Position numbers and translations under genes: made by a program. Below the pieces are notes generated by a model. That model saw only the letters and a program-made list of their open reading frames with translations, searched no databases and was not told where the DNA came from. Shown here piece after piece: positions 33,764-47,029 of a stretch of DNA of 64,000 bases; within the stretch, counting starts at the first letter, position 1, and every line of letters starts with the position of its first letter. The stretch comes from Carpediemonas membranifera BICM. Taxonomy: Eukaryota; Protista; Fornicata. The stretch spans positions 626,799-690,798 of the forward strand of contig JAHDYR010000069.1 in assembly GCA_019828565.1 (NCBI GenBank). The letters run 5' to 3'.

Positions 33764-34828
33764 GTCTGAAGGCAGACAGTGATACACTTACCTGTCTGAC
33801 CACTCCATGGGGGGGTAAATGATTTATGTGTTCCGGGTCGTCCCCGGGGCTAGTGAGGCCTAGCTTGGCCATGATTAGACTATGTCAGGGGCTCTGACTT
33901 CTTCTGCTTCTCCTTCCATCTCTCCTTCTGCCTGATTCGATCTCCTCCCGCCAAACGAATCGTCAATCAAATCGCCTATCAAATCTCATAAAGATTCACC
34001 TCGGATCTCCCGGATCTCGGAGGCTTGCCCAGGACGCCGCACTTGGCGTGTCTCCGCCCCGTCGCGGAATTGTCACGTCGCCGTTGGTCTCGGCAGTCTG
34101 AAGGCAGACAGTGATACACTTACCTGTCTGACCACTCCATGGGGCCTGTCCCGGTCGTCCAACCACACTCTGCCCCCTTTCTCTGGGGTGCAGTTTATGT
34201 CACCACAACTGCCGATGACCCATATGGTGGCGATGTGGAGCCCTAGCAAGTTACCTTGCTACTCATTATCTCCTATAACATAATCCTCGCGCGGATTCGC
34301 ATGTTTCTCTCTCATTTAGATCTGTTCAGCCTCTCACAGCTCACGAACAGAGGGATGCGTGAAGCAAACCCTTGATGTTACTCTATCTAACCGAATAGTG
34401 TCCTCAATATACCTCAATAGTGAGTTAGAATCCTTCCATGTTCCCTTTGCCATCACTACGACTACTGGGACGCCCGCCAAGATCATGTCCGCTGCTGCAC
34501 CTCGACGAAGGCCGTGGAGCCTTGCGCCATGTCCGAACTGGCTTTTGAAGCTGTCCGCCAGCTCGGAGAATGCCACCGGGCGGTGACCGTGAGCGAGGTT
34601 GCCGTACTGGTCTGTCGTCCGCCAGATAGGCTCAAGTACATCAACGTCCCCTATGGCGGCCAGGTGGTCATGTAGCCAGGTCGCTGGCGACAGGGGGTCG
34701 CCCTGCGCGAGAGGAATCATCTTTCGGACGTTGGTCATGCCGGTCTTAGTCCGCCGGATGGTGATGACGATGCCGTGTGCCGGGGCGAAGAGATTGGAAC
34801 ATTTACATAAACTGCGGACGTGGATGCC

Positions 34829-37800
34829 TTATGACATCCTACCCCCCTTAAGCTTGAGCTTGTGGGACTTGAGGTAGTCACGTGCCGCAGTGACGTGGCG
34901 GAGCCCGTCAGCGGGTTCCCATGTGGGATCGTAGTCGCCCTCCCAGCAGACGAGGAGCTGCAGTGTGCCGTTGCGGCGACGGTGCTTCTCGATGCCTTGC
35001 ACGACGTACGTCTGCTCGTCGGAGGCGGCGAGGTTCTTCAGGCGGCTGAGCCCCGACTTGGTGTTGAAAGGAAGGACCTGGTCTACGTGAGCCATGAAGG
35101 GGGCGCTCTCGAAAAGGTCGACCAGCTGAAGGGTGTTGTTGTCCTTGATGGCGAGAATCTTGAACGGGCCGGCGAAGCCATGCAGCTTTGGGGTCTTCGT
35201 CCGGTTGAGCAGGACGAGGTCGCCTTCCTTGAAGCTAGTCGGCTGGCGGTCGGCGTTGGCCTTGGCGAGGCGCTTGTCTACAGTCTCGCGCTGCTTCTCG
35301 GCCGCCCTAGAGGTCAACTTGGAGAGGTGGGCTCGAAGTAAAGTGATGTAGGCTGAGGCTGAGGCAAGGGGCGAGTCATTGTCGCTCGGTCGGAGGATTC
35401 TAGCGACTGTGGAGCTGGGGTCGAGTTGGTCTCCATACAGCATGGCGTGGGGTGTGACCCCAGTGGCGCTGCAGGTGGTTGTGTTCAGCAGCAGCTGAAC
35501 TACCGGAAGGAGGTCGCTCCAACGGGAGAACTTGTCGAATTGGAGGATCAAACAGCGAAGATGCTTCATGACCTCCGCGTTACGACGCTCTACCAGCCCA
35601 TTCGACTGAGGGTGGTAGGGGAGGGTGAATTGCTGGGTGATGTCCGCGCTTTCGAGCAGGGCCTTGACGACGTTGCCGGTGAACTCAGGCCCGTTGTCGG
35701 ACTTGATGAACAGGGGAGTCCCATGACGGGTAATCACCTGGCGCCAGAGGGCCTCTGACGCTGCATCAGCTGTGTTCTCGTCCGTCGCGGCCAACTCAGT
35801 GTAGCGAGTAAACATATCGACCATAACTGTGATGTATCTGGAGCCGACTGCGTCTGCCGGGATTGGACCAATAGTATCCACTGCGACAGTGTGGAACGGT
35901 TTGTACACTGCTGTTGTGCGGAGCTCTGCCTCGGCGAAGTTGCGTAGGCGAGCTTTCTGGCACTCGTCACATGAGGCGATGAACTCCTCGACATCTGTTG
36001 TGCAGCCTGTCCAGGTATAGCCGTCTGCTCTCAGGCGTTCGATGGTAGCCTTGGCGCCGTGGTGTCCTCTGTGGGCGATCTGTATCAGCTCCTTTCGGAG
36101 GGGTCTGCACACGGTTGAAGTAGGGATGACGACGAGGCCGTCCTTGCGGCGAAGACCGTCGCTGTCTACGGTCAGCTTGGAGACGGTAGAGTCGTCTGTC
36201 TGGTGTTTGATGAGTGTGTCATGGTAGCGGGAGTCAGTCGTGATGGCTGCGACAGTGGGCGAGGTCGAGTGACCGCAGCGGCTCAGCGCGTCTGCGACTG
36301 CGTTCTGTAGGCCGGGAACGTGCTCGACATCGAACTTGTAGTCTGCTAATGTCAGTCTCCACCGGTTGATCTTGTCGTTCTCGGATGACTTGGCGATCAT
36401 GTAAATAAGATTACGGTGGTCGGTCCGTAGGAGGAACCTCTTCAGGCGTAGGAGGGGTGACAGGGTCGGGTGTGTAAGGCAAAAGACAATGGCAAATAGC
36501 TCCTGCTCACACGTGGCCCAGCGCGACTGGGTTGACGTGAATGTGTGAGAGAAGTAGGCGAGGACCTGTGTCTTATCGTCCTTTGTCTGCCAGTACGCCG
36601 CCTGCTCCGATGTTGCTAGCGTCTGTCTCGAGCGTCCAGTCGGCGTCGGCGTCCGGATGTGCGATAAAGAGATCGTCAGTGAACAGGGTCTTCAGGCCGT
36701 CGAAAGCGGCGTCGTGCTCCGCTGTCCATTCCCACAGACGGTCCTTTTGCAGAAGATCGTTGAGAGGTCTCATGTACTCGTGTCGTGTATGGGGAACGAA
36801 TGATGCGAGGTACTGGAACTGTCCGAGGACTACGCGAAGCTCGTGGACGTTGGTGGGTGCAGGTAGATCGCGTAGGGCTTGGGTCCTGGCTGGGTCGACG
36901 TGTACTCCGGCCTGGTCGACCGTAAAGCCGACAATCTTGGCGCTGGTGGTGCCGAAGACTCCCTTCTTGGCGCTGAACTGAACGCCTGCAGCGTCCGCGC
37001 GTGTGAGCAGGTCGCGGAGAATGCGTAGAAAGGAGTCATCGTCACGGGCGTAGATGAATATGTCGTCGATGTAGGGGTTGGCGCCCTTGTACAACAGTGG
37101 GGCGAGCATGCCTTCGATCTCCCGCTGGAAGTGAGAAGGCGCGTTGCAAAGGCCGAACGGCATCCTGAGGAATTCCTCGTAGACGCCCGGGGCGGTGAAG
37201 GCCGTCTTAGGCACGTCGTCTGGGTGCATGGCCACCTGCCAGTAGCCCGACGTCAGGTCTAGCGTCGCAAAGCGTGTGCAGCCCGACGCGAGGTTGAGGA
37301 GTTCTCGCATGTTGGGGATCGGGTGCCGGTCGGGTACTGTCCAAGAGTTGAGGCGGCCGTAGTCGATACAGAGACGGTAGGCGTCGCCCTTTGCGACCAG
37401 GACGATGGGGCTTGCGTAAGGCCCCTCAGAGGGCTGTGTGATCTCGTCCTGGCGCAGGCGCTCGACGTATGGCAACAGCCACTCCAGCTTCTTCGGGTGT
37501 AGGTTGCGCGGGCGAAGACGGATCGGAGGGGCGTTGTCGTAAAGCGGGATGCGCATAGGGGCAAACGAGCACGGCTGTTTGCTTATGACGGGGTCGAATA
37601 GGTGATCGAACCGACGGAGGATCGAATGTAGCTCGTCGGTCTGGGCCTTGGTGGAGAGCTCGTGTATCTCACACGCGTCGGTGTGAAACTCGCTTGAGGA
37701 GACGGCCTCGACGGGGGCGTCGAGGTACTTGTGGAGTGGGAGGCCATCGGTGGCGTCCTCCGGGCGTGAATCCGGAAGAAGTGGGATGTGGAGGCCACTC

Positions 37801-38468
37801 TCGGAGAGATAACCGAGCGCGCGAAGCACGTCGCATCCAATGAGCACACGTTCAGTGGCGCGCGTCATGATGTAGAGGATGAGATCGACGATGACGTTTC
37901 CAGATGTGCTGGGCAACGTGATCCGCGCTTGGACGTAGTGAGTGATGAGGATGGGCTCATTGGTAACGGACTGAACAGTAAATGGCTTTTCAAGCTCATG
38001 TGTGACGAGTTGGAGCGTCTTAACGGAGGTTGTGGAGATGATCGTGATTGCGGAGCCGCTATCGATCAATATCACCTGTTCTTGGTCATTCACAGCTCCC
38101 TTAACTGAGAATGCAGTTGAAGCGGCAACTTCTTCGATAAAGGCATCATCACAAGCATTGTGTGCGACTTCGACTTCGTGGACTCCTGGACGAGAGTTGA
38201 TCAGCTTGGATCTGTCCCGGAGCACCATGTTCCCAGCGCGTCTCTCGTCGGGGGCGAGGCTGTGGCTGCTGGGATGACTGTTGCTGCTGCTTCTGAGCAG
38301 CTGGTGCCGGCTGTGGCTGAGCCGGTTTGTTGGCCGCTTGGGGCTGGCGTTGCGGCTGAGGTGCCGGTCTGGCGTCGCGGGCCGCGGCGGGGTGGCCTTT
38401 GGTAGCCTGGGGCTGTCCGGGCGTGCTGCCGCGGTGCGGGCAATCAGCCTTCCAGTGCATGCCTCCAC
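34829..38468 (-). CDS. pol: Pol of element D (protease, RT, RNase H, integrase, chromodomain); one frameshift near 36570
   Basis: LIDSGS, LDLTSGYWQ, YIDD, ETDAS, CDEC, VAVDTIGP, SDNGPEF, NGLVERRNAE, YVVQGIEKHR...VCWEG...WEP. Confidence 0.93.
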
Positions 38469-39279
38469 AGGAGCACGCGTATGGAGGAGGGCGCCGGCGC
38501 TCGCGGCGGGATCTGGTGTTGGCGTTCTGGCTATGTTTCGGGCCAGTGCTGGAGCTCGTGATGGAGCTCGTGCTGGAGGATGTGATGGATATGTCTTGAA
38601 TCACGCTTCCGAGGACTTCACGGGCGTCAATGGCGTGCAGTATGAGCTCGCGCGTGTGCACAAATAAGCTATCGATGTCCCGGGCGCCAGAGAGGTCCCA
38701 CTTTTGCTGAATACGGTTGGCAAGTGAGACCGGGCGAAGGGCGGCGATAAAAGCTTTGGCGATGATCTTATCGAGTCCGCGGGTGGGGCTGGCTTTTCTC
38801 GGGGTGTCCTGCTCACTCGGCGTGCTGTCTGGCTTCTGGGTGATGACCTTGCTGAGGGCGGCCTCGTCTTCATCCACCTCGGCGGGCTCGGGCTCTGGCT
38901 TGGCGCCGAGCTCGGCGTTGAGAAGGGCATGGGCGTGGGAGCGCAGCTCCTCGGTCTCAGCCATGAGACGAGATACGGCCTCGATCGTGGACTTGGTTCG
39001 GTCCTGCGTGAGGGCCCGGATTTCTTGGATGGTTTTCTCAAGGGTTCTCGGGAAAGAAAGAGCGGTGATTTCGGCGAGAAGTTCTGCGTCGTTGAGTGCT
39101 TCGACGTCGACGTTGCGGACAAATCGGACATGACTGACTTGATCCTCGGTGAGGCACTCGTAAGCCGTTATGACGGTTGTGGTAGGAGCATGCTTCTGCG
39201 CGAACGTGAGGGCGCGTTTGAACGCGCGAACGGACTCTCTAGAGAAGTCCGATAGTGATGGCGGAATCCAATTATTCAT
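38149..39279 (-). CDS. gag: Gag of element D
   Basis: Starts just after the 5' LTR; CSCGGMHWKADC knuckle. Confidence 0.85.
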   Translation of the reverse strand: MNNWIPPSLSDFSRESVRAFKRALTFAQKHAPTTTVITAYECLTEDQVSHVRFVRNVDVEALNDAELLAEITALSFPRTLEKTIQEIRALTQDRTKSTIEAVSRLMAETEELRSHAHALLNAELGAKPEPEPAEVDEDEAALSKVITQKPDSTPSEQDTPRKASPTRGLDKIIAKAFIAALRPVSLANRIQQKWDLSGARDIDSLFVHTRELILHAIDAREVLGSVIQDISITSSSTSSITSSSTGPKHSQNANTRSRRERRRPPPYACSCGGMHWKADCPHRGSTPGQPQATKGHPAAARDARPAPQPQRQPQAANKPAQPQPAPAAQKQQQQSSQQPQPRPRRETRWEHGAPGQIQADQLSSRSPRSRSRTQCL

Positions 39280-42200
39280 TTCGGAAAGTGATCACTGTGC
39301 CGGGGCGAAGAGATTGGAACATTTACATAAACTGCGGACGTGGATGCCTTATGACAGCCGTCGGGGGTCTCGATGATGTCCCTGCGTGATAGGGCCAGGA
39401 CCTCACCAGGGCGCGACACGGAGGCATAACACGTCAGCGCGAATGTCATTAGCTGCCGCCACTGGTGGCACATGAGGTCCTCGGGTGTCCGGGTGAGGAC
39501 TGCATTGATCCACTTGAGCCTGACAGGTGCCGCGGGGCCGTGTGCTGCTGTCGTCGAGGCCGTAGCTGCTTCTGCTACGATTGGCCAGAAGTCCTCGGCG
39601 AGGGCGTAGGTGTCTGGAAGCACGCGGTGGGCAAACCTGACTATCACCCCGGCCTTGGCCATGATGCGGTCCTTTCCAGCGGTGTGGGCCTGTTCGTCAG
39701 CCCAGCGCTTGGCTGCCTCGACCGGGGGGAGTGTGGACGCGTAGGCCAGGAAGCCCGCAAGGGTCCTCGCGTAGTCTTGCCGTGTGGCCCGAGCGAGGCC
39801 ACCGAACATCGCATGCTCGCTTAGGCCTGTGACAAACGCGTCGGAAGGCACAGGGCGACTAGTCTGTGCTTTCCATTGGCGCCTGGCAGCTCTGACCCTG
39901 GCTGTGCTGGGATTGAGAAGTACATCTTCTCGGGCGCCAGCCTTTTTAAGGCGAGTATAGGAGCGGACCTGATGTCCGGCAAGACCAGAAACGTTACGGA
40001 GCGTAGTTGTCGAGGGTCTCGGTCTCCTAGAGGCTCTATGATACGGTAGAGCTTGGCTAGCACCTTTGGGACCATGGCCCAGGGGGGCGCAAGGAAGACT
40101 CTCCGACCGCACCAGTTCTGGTTCAGACCGTCTCCGGAGAACGGCACGGAGCGGCTGGTGTACGACGGGAGGAGCAGCTCCTTCGTGGGGTGACCAGTCA
40201 AGTCGACCTCGGCCGGCCCCCACGAGTCTAACATGCGGCGGAGCACGCCCGCCGGGGTTTGCCAGTCCGTCTTGGTGAACCTTGACAGCGAGTCGGCGGC
40301 TATATTCAGGTGGCCTGCGGTGTGTCGAGCCCTCAAGCTGACGCCTCTCTCCGATAGGAGCGTGAAGAAGGACAGCGACTCGGAGACCACCTCTGGTGGC
40401 GCGCGAGTGGAGGCCTGCTTGTTGAGCCAACCAACTGCCGCCGTCGAGTCGGAGAACACCGTTATCTCCCCTGCCCTGCAGGTCTAAGCCCGAGGACTCG
40501 AGCAGACGGCGCACAGCGGTCACCGAGGCCAGGAACTCCTTGGCGGTGATATGCAAGTGTGCTAGTGAGGGTGGCACGGGAAGGGAAAGCTGTATATCGG
40601 GGGCACCCGGCTGCCGGATGACAGCTCCCATCCCCTCGTCCGACGCGTCTGATATAACGGTGACATCTATCGCCGGATGCATGCCCCACAGGGTCATAAG
40701 GCTGTCGAACGACCGATGAGGCACGTTCCTCATTCGTCTGGCCCACTCTTGCAGAGCTCGTTCTGCTTGGGGAGTGTTGGGGGCTGCGGAGACCTGAAGG
40801 GGTCGAAGCCATGCCCTGCCGTCCTGCCATGCGATAGACGCGAACGAGAGCTTGCCTAGGAGGGACTGCCACTCCCGCCCTGATGGTGGCACGAGTAGAG
40901 CTTCGTCCAGTTTCGCCGCGTACTTGGTGGCTTTCGCCTGCGTGATAGTGATGCGTCTCGCGGCCAGGTCGACCCTGAAGCCTAGGTACTCTATCACCCC
41001 TGCCAGGAGTCAGCATTGACTTGGCCAGGTTGAGGATGAGGCCTAGCTGCTGCATGCACTTGACGATACCGGGGACTACACGCTTGAGGTGGCTCTGCGG
41101 TGCTAGGACGGCCCAGTCGTCCAGATATACAGCTACCTTCACCCCGAAGCGGTGGGATATGATGGACGCGGCGGATATCATGACGCGCTGAAACACATAA
41201 GGCGCTGCTGTCCAGCCGAAGGGAAGCACCTGGAACTGGTAGAACTGGCCGGCGTAGGCAAAGCCGAGAAGCGTTCTGTCCGATGGCTTCACGCCGAGTT
41301 GGTAGTAGCCTGAGCGTAGGTCTAGCTTCACTGCGCTGTCGTCCGGGGCTGCGATCTCCAAGAGGCGCTTGAGGCCGAAAAGGCGGAACACCCGCCGTTC
41401 CTTCGTGACGTCGTTCAACGTTCTGAGATCGTGTATCAGTCGCGGGGAGCCGTCGGACTTTGGAGTAGTGAATATGGGGAGACTAGACGAGGCCTGCGAC
41501 TGCAGATGCGCACGACTTGGGACTTGACGAGCTCCTGCATGAGTGGTCGGAGGCACTCGGAGGCCGCGGGCGATAGGGGTCGGGGCTTGGGCTGACGTGG
41601 CGACCCGGTGATCTCGATCGGGACGCCTGCCTCGATCCACGAGACCACGTCTGAGGGCGCTCCCGAGGCGGACCAGAGCTGATGACGGGCTATCGTGGGA
41701 AATGTGAGGAGTCTCGGAGGAGGAGAGAGACGTTGAGGAGGGATGTGCGAGTGTGAGAGGTGGTGAGAGAGATCTTGAAGATGGCTTGTTACTGGCGGCT
41801 TCTTTTTCGGTCCGGGCTTGCCCGCCTTGAAGGCGGAGCGCTCTTGCTGAGCCTGGGCCAGACGGGGAAATTTTGCCAGCGTGTGAAGAATGCGCTGCTC
41901 GAGCTCCAGTTGGCGCGTGGCAACATCGGCGTGTTGGGCGTCTCTCGGCGGGGTGGCGATGAAAGCCTTTGAAGCGATGCTCACAGCTGCGGCTGCCTGG
42001 TAGCCGTAACGGTCCTTGATGTCGAGAGATCGGTGGCGTGCGTAGAGCTCGAGCAAGATGACGTCGATGTCGATCGGCTCCTCGTAGCGCATCATACGGT
42101 ATATGCGCTCGATCCAATCAGCTTCCTCGCGCATTGAGGAGGACTGAGGCTTGGACCAGCCCTCGTTGCGGGTGTTCCTCTGCAGCTCCTGCACACGAGC

Positions 42201-42485
42201 GTTCATGAGGAGTAGTTCCTTGCGTAGGACCTTAAGTTCATCTTCTTCGACTGGTTGGACGTTCCCCTGCTCGTCAGGGGCTCTGACTTCTTCTGCTTCT
42301 CCTTCCATCTCTCCTTCTGCCTGATTCGATCTCCTCCCGCCAAACGAATCATCAATCAAATCGCCTATCAAATCTCATAAAGATTCACCTCGGATCTCCC
42401 GGATCTCGGAGGCTTGCCCAGGACGCCGCATTTGGCGTGTCTCCGCCCCGTCGCGGAATTGTCACGTCGCCGTTGGTCTCGGCAA

Positions 42486-45400
42486 CGACTGTTAGTCGAC
42501 AACAGTCGAAGTCTCCAATTGATCTAATCAAATTTATACTCCTGGATCAGGCTGAGCGTCTTGCTCGTCGTCAGCCATTTCCAGGGATGTGCCGAACAGG
42601 GGAGGTTTTCCCCCTTGGTTAAATTGGCTTAAACGTCCCAGGTCACCAGCCGAATATTTTCCACGAATCTAGAAGATTCTCCCGAATCTTTTGGGTTTGG
42701 GTCCAGGTGATCGGCACCCCACTCGGACCCTTGTGGACCGCGCCCCAAGGCGCACTGTGTCTACGTCTACGACGGTACGCCGACTGTTAGTCGACAACAG
42801 TCGAAGTCTCCAATTGATGTATCCCGCCATCAAATAAATATAATTGAGACACCCCTTACCGAGTTCTATAGACCCTATATGGTCGTCCGCCCCTCCTCTT
42901 CTGACGTTAGTTTTTTCACCATGACCTTGACTTTGCAACTGGGCATAATGGTTCTTTGGTCTCTGTCTTCGCTTCTGTTCTTATTTTTAACACTCATTTG
43001 TACACATTGTGCTCTTCTTATCTTCTATATCTTCTATCTACAGTTAGCTCAGCTCCATGCGCTTCTGGACAGTCGTATTGCTTCACTGATGTACGTTTGT
43101 ACTGAGTCTTGCGCCCGCCATCCCCCCAAGGCTTGCACCACTTCCATTGGAGTTCCAGATTCAACCAGATGTACTGCGGCGCCGCGGCGGAAGGAATGTC
43201 CGGTGGCCTTGAATACTTCCTCGAGGTCCATCATCATTTCGAATCGCGCCCACGGCTCCTGCGCCCCCTTCAACGCGGACCGGCTCTCTCGTAGTGTTGC
43301 CTGGCTATGGGTGTACGAACGCCACAAGGGGCCTTCATCTGGTAGGTTACTCATGTGCATGGCGAGCCACCAGGCTGGTGACCGCAGCTGGTCGTCGGCT
43401 GAGGGAACCAACTTCAGCGTCGCTTCATCCCTTGTCTTTGTGTGTCGTATCGTAATCTCCAGCGCGCCGTCTGCTCCGCCGTGCCTCACATCCTCTGTCT
43501 TGAGTGCCCGGATCTCGCCTGCTCGCGACACTGTCGCAAACGTCACCAGGCCAAAGGCAATTGCCTGAGTGAGGGGCGGGGTCGCGTGTGCCCCGGCTGA
43601 CCTAGCCGCAGCCTCCAGCGTCTCACGCCTGATTGGCCAAGCCTTCCCAGTCTTACGTCCGGGCGTTAGCTCGCATCGGCCTGCTAGCCTCGCACCTGCC
43701 CTGGTCAGGGCCCGATGCAACCTTGTCGTCTCAGCGCTCTCGCCCAGTGCCTCCAGTCCCATTCTGATGTTCGCCTCCTTCGTGATGAATGTGTCTCTGG
43801 CGACGAAGGGGATTTCGGAAAATAGATACAACATCAGTGTGTCTGCCGGCTCAATGGCGTCAAGGAGCTCGGCGAACTCGTGCAACCACTCGCGGTCTGT
43901 GAGTTCCTGCCTTGCTCGGTCCAGCGTCGCCTGTGCCGTGTCCCTGGCCGTCGGGGCAGGGTCGTCCTGAGGTAAGTCACAGTCAGAGTCACAGTCGGGG
44001 TCATGCCGGACTGATGATCGGAAAAACGTGAATTTGGCTGTCTCTGCGGCGATGCGCTGCCTGGTAGATACTTCCTTGTCCATGAGGAGGGGGTTATTCG
44101 TGAGCTGGGCCTCTATTTGACTACTCTTGACTCTTGGCTCGCGTGTCCATTGACACGAGAGGTGGCCTCTCTCTGGGGTCTGACCTGCGGCTCGCATGGC
44201 CCTGTGTCTTGCCATCACCCATGGGGCGGACAAAGCTGTGCCAATGTCGACCTCACCGGCACCCAGTAAGCCACGAAAGGGATACGATCCTTCCCGGCGA
44301 ACAAGTTCTCTATCTCTGTGCCGGTCCACCAGTGTGCCGGCAGCGTGACTTCGATTTTGTCCTGGGACATCCGGTTCAGGTCCAGGTCCACGTTGGTGCC
44401 TCTCTGCGGTGCGATTACTACCACTCCCCTGGGCTGCTGGGCTGGGGTGACCTCTGACTGTTGCCATATCTCTCTCAATCTGGCGGTCACGCGGGGTAAG
44501 AGCGCAACTGGTGGGACTGCGATTGACCTGCACTCGGTCCAGTCCGCCGTGAAGGCGTCTTCTACATAGCCCAAGTCCTCTGGCAGGAAAGTTCGTGTTG
44601 CGAACAGCGATCTGTCGGTTGTGCCCCACTGCTCTGCTGCCCTCGCCGCTAGTGATGCCGGCATCGCCCAGTCGAGCTTCTTGAATCTCGAGAGGTCGTC
44701 CGCTGTGGTGTTGAGCAGACCCGGGACGTGCTTTGTTCGCACCCTCGCCCCGATCGCGTGTAAGAAGTCGTGGAGCTCCTTCACCTCTCGTCGCATGTGG
44801 GCCGGTGCCTTTGTACTGCTCTTCCCGATCCAGGCCAGTGCTGACGTGTTGTCGCCGACTAATAAGACGTCCCTGCCGGCTATCCTCCGCTCCCAGCGGC
44901 GCAGCGCTATGTCCATGGCCTTCGCCTCCTTGCAGTTGATTGATTTGCCTACGAATGTCTGGTCGAACGTGTCCTGAAACGAGTCGGTCCCGAACTCTGT
45001 CCAGATGGCGCCACCGTAAGCATGGTCGCTCGCGTCCGTCTCGATCCGAATCTCTCTCCCGTTCGTGAGAAAGCACCAGTGCGGGTCTCTCCTCAGTGTT
45101 CTCGCCCACCACCGCAGGTCTGTCCTCGCTTCCTGTGGGATGTCCTTCTTCGTGCCCCGTAACTTTCCTGCGAGTGAGGCCGCCGCACATTGAAGCTCGC
45201 GTAGCCTGGGCAGGGCCCGAGCTCCCACGGCGAACCGTGCGAACAGCAGCTTCCCGATGAGGGCTTGGAGGTCCTTGACTAGGAACCGTCTCTCCTTCTG
45301 CAGTCTGTCGATCAAGCTGATCATGTCTGTGGCCTTTCTCTCTGTCAGGTACATGCATCCCTCTGCTGAGTTGATCACCACCCCGAGGTACTCGAGCTCC

Positions 45401-47029
45401 TGCGTTGGCACAGCAACAGACTTCTCCTGCGAGATTACCATGCCGAGTCTTCTCATCAGCGCGAGTATGCCTGGCATCTTCTCCGCGAGTGATGCGCGTG
45501 AGTGGTCTGCGAACAGCAGGTCGTCTAGGTATACGAACACCTGCACGCCAAACTCTCTTCGAATAATCTTTGCCGCCTGGGCGGTGACCCTCTGGAATGC
45601 CTCTGGTGCTGTGTTGAGGCCGAAGGGCAGGGCTCTCCACCGATATGTTGTTCCTTCGTGGGTAATCCCCAGGTACTCCTTGGCCTCCTCCGCCATGAGC
45701 ACCTGGTAGTAGCCGGACTTCAGGTCGACGCTCGTCAACCATGCCCCCTGTGCCAGATTGGCCGCCACCTCCATCAACCCCTTCAACCGAAACTTGCGGA
45801 CCTGTTGGAAAAAAGTTGACCGGCCGGAGGTCGTGTATGAGTCTCCAATCCGATGGTTTCTTCGGAATCAGGAAGACCGGGGATATGTTGCTCGCCGTTG
45901 CTACCTCTAAAGCTTGAATGTTCACTAGCTCCTTCAGCATCTCGCTTATTGGGCCTTCCCTCCCGTTCGCTCTCGGGGCGTTGGGCGTTGCCGGGGCTAC
46001 CTTCACCCCGTCTCTCAGTGTGCTCACGACCTCCTTGCTGGCCCCCAAGGCCTCCCACTCCCTCCAGGCGCGGCTCATCGAGCCCACCACCTGTGCCCGG
46101 GACACCGGGCAAGAGTCGGGCGGAGCGTCGTACGACTTGCGTGACTGCGCAGCTTTGATCGGTTGCTTGTCTGTTGATGTCTCTTGCTCTTGTACTTGCT
46201 TTCTTGCTTCTTCTCGTCTCATAGTGCTCGTAAACGTAGATAGTGCCTTTTATTGTCTTCGAGGTGGGCATAACCTCTTCTTGGCCGCTTATTGCTGCCC
46301 CGGGGCCGCATTGCGGTTGCCCGAGGCGTTCGAAGCTGTGAAGTGGCGCTGTGGGGAGCGCTGGAAGTACATGTTGCGCGAGAAAGGCTTACGGATCTGC
46401 TGGCGATGGCGGAAGCTCTGGGCGGAGGGGCTTTCTTCGCTTTCGCGGCTAGCTTGATGAATTCTCGCGGGTTGTTCTCGGTTGCAGCTGTAACTTGGAA
46501 GTAGCGTGCGGCGTCCTCCCCGGCGTCGTCGAGGACACGGAGGAACTCAAGGCGGCGCTCGATAATGATGTTCACTTTGGTTGCTATGGTCTCAATAGAC
46601 GTGGTTGCGGGGTCAGCAAGAACGGTCTTGATCTCGGCGTGAATAGCACGCAGGTGCGAGAATTCCTTTGTGACGGCCGGGATCTTAGAAGGCTTTCGAG
46701 TGTCCTCGGCATTGGTCCGAACGTCCTCAACAGACTCAACAAGGCTTGCAATTGTCTCAGCCTGAGTCTTGACGAGCTCCTCGAGTTGGAGGAGCTTACT
46801 GGCTGCGTCTTGCTCGTCGTCAGCCATTTCCAGGGATGTGCCGAACAGGGGAGGTTTTCCCCCTTGGTTAAATTGGCTTAAACGTCCCAGGTCACCAGCC
46901 GAATATTTTCCACGAATCTAGAAGATTCTCCCGAATCTTTTGGGTTTGGGTCCAGGTGATCGGCACCCCACTCGGACCCTTGTGGACCGCGCCCCAAGGC
47001 GCACTGTGTCTACGTCTACGACGGTACGC
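42486..47029 (-). mobile_element. DIRS/PAT-like YR retrotransposon Y2, full length, frameshift near 45810
   Basis: A repeats 46805-47029 and 42556-42780; B repeats 42781-42818 and 42486-42523. Gag from 46827. RT-RNase H 46222-44215 (YLDD, TDAS). Overlapping YR ORF 46271-43049 (SRAGE, HSFRRG, GGW...Y). Confidence 0.93.

Larger units (their letters stand above)
34776..39356 (-). mobile_element. Gypsy element D, full length, 61-bp LTRs
   Basis: Identical LTRs at 34776-34836 and 39296-39356, GCCG TSD, purine tract AAGGGGGGTAGGA. Confidence 0.97.
33764..42484 (-). mobile_element. DIRS/PAT-like YR retrotransposon Y1 with split direct repeats; frameshifted and interrupted by element D
   Basis: A repeats 42273-42484 and 33884-34095; B repeats 34096-34144 and 33764-33812. 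RT VYLDD, RNase H SDAS and ITAKEF, MTase-like LAPPW. The YR (SRPGE...KT...HGLRRG...W...Y) rejoins across the GCCG TSD. Confidence 0.9.
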
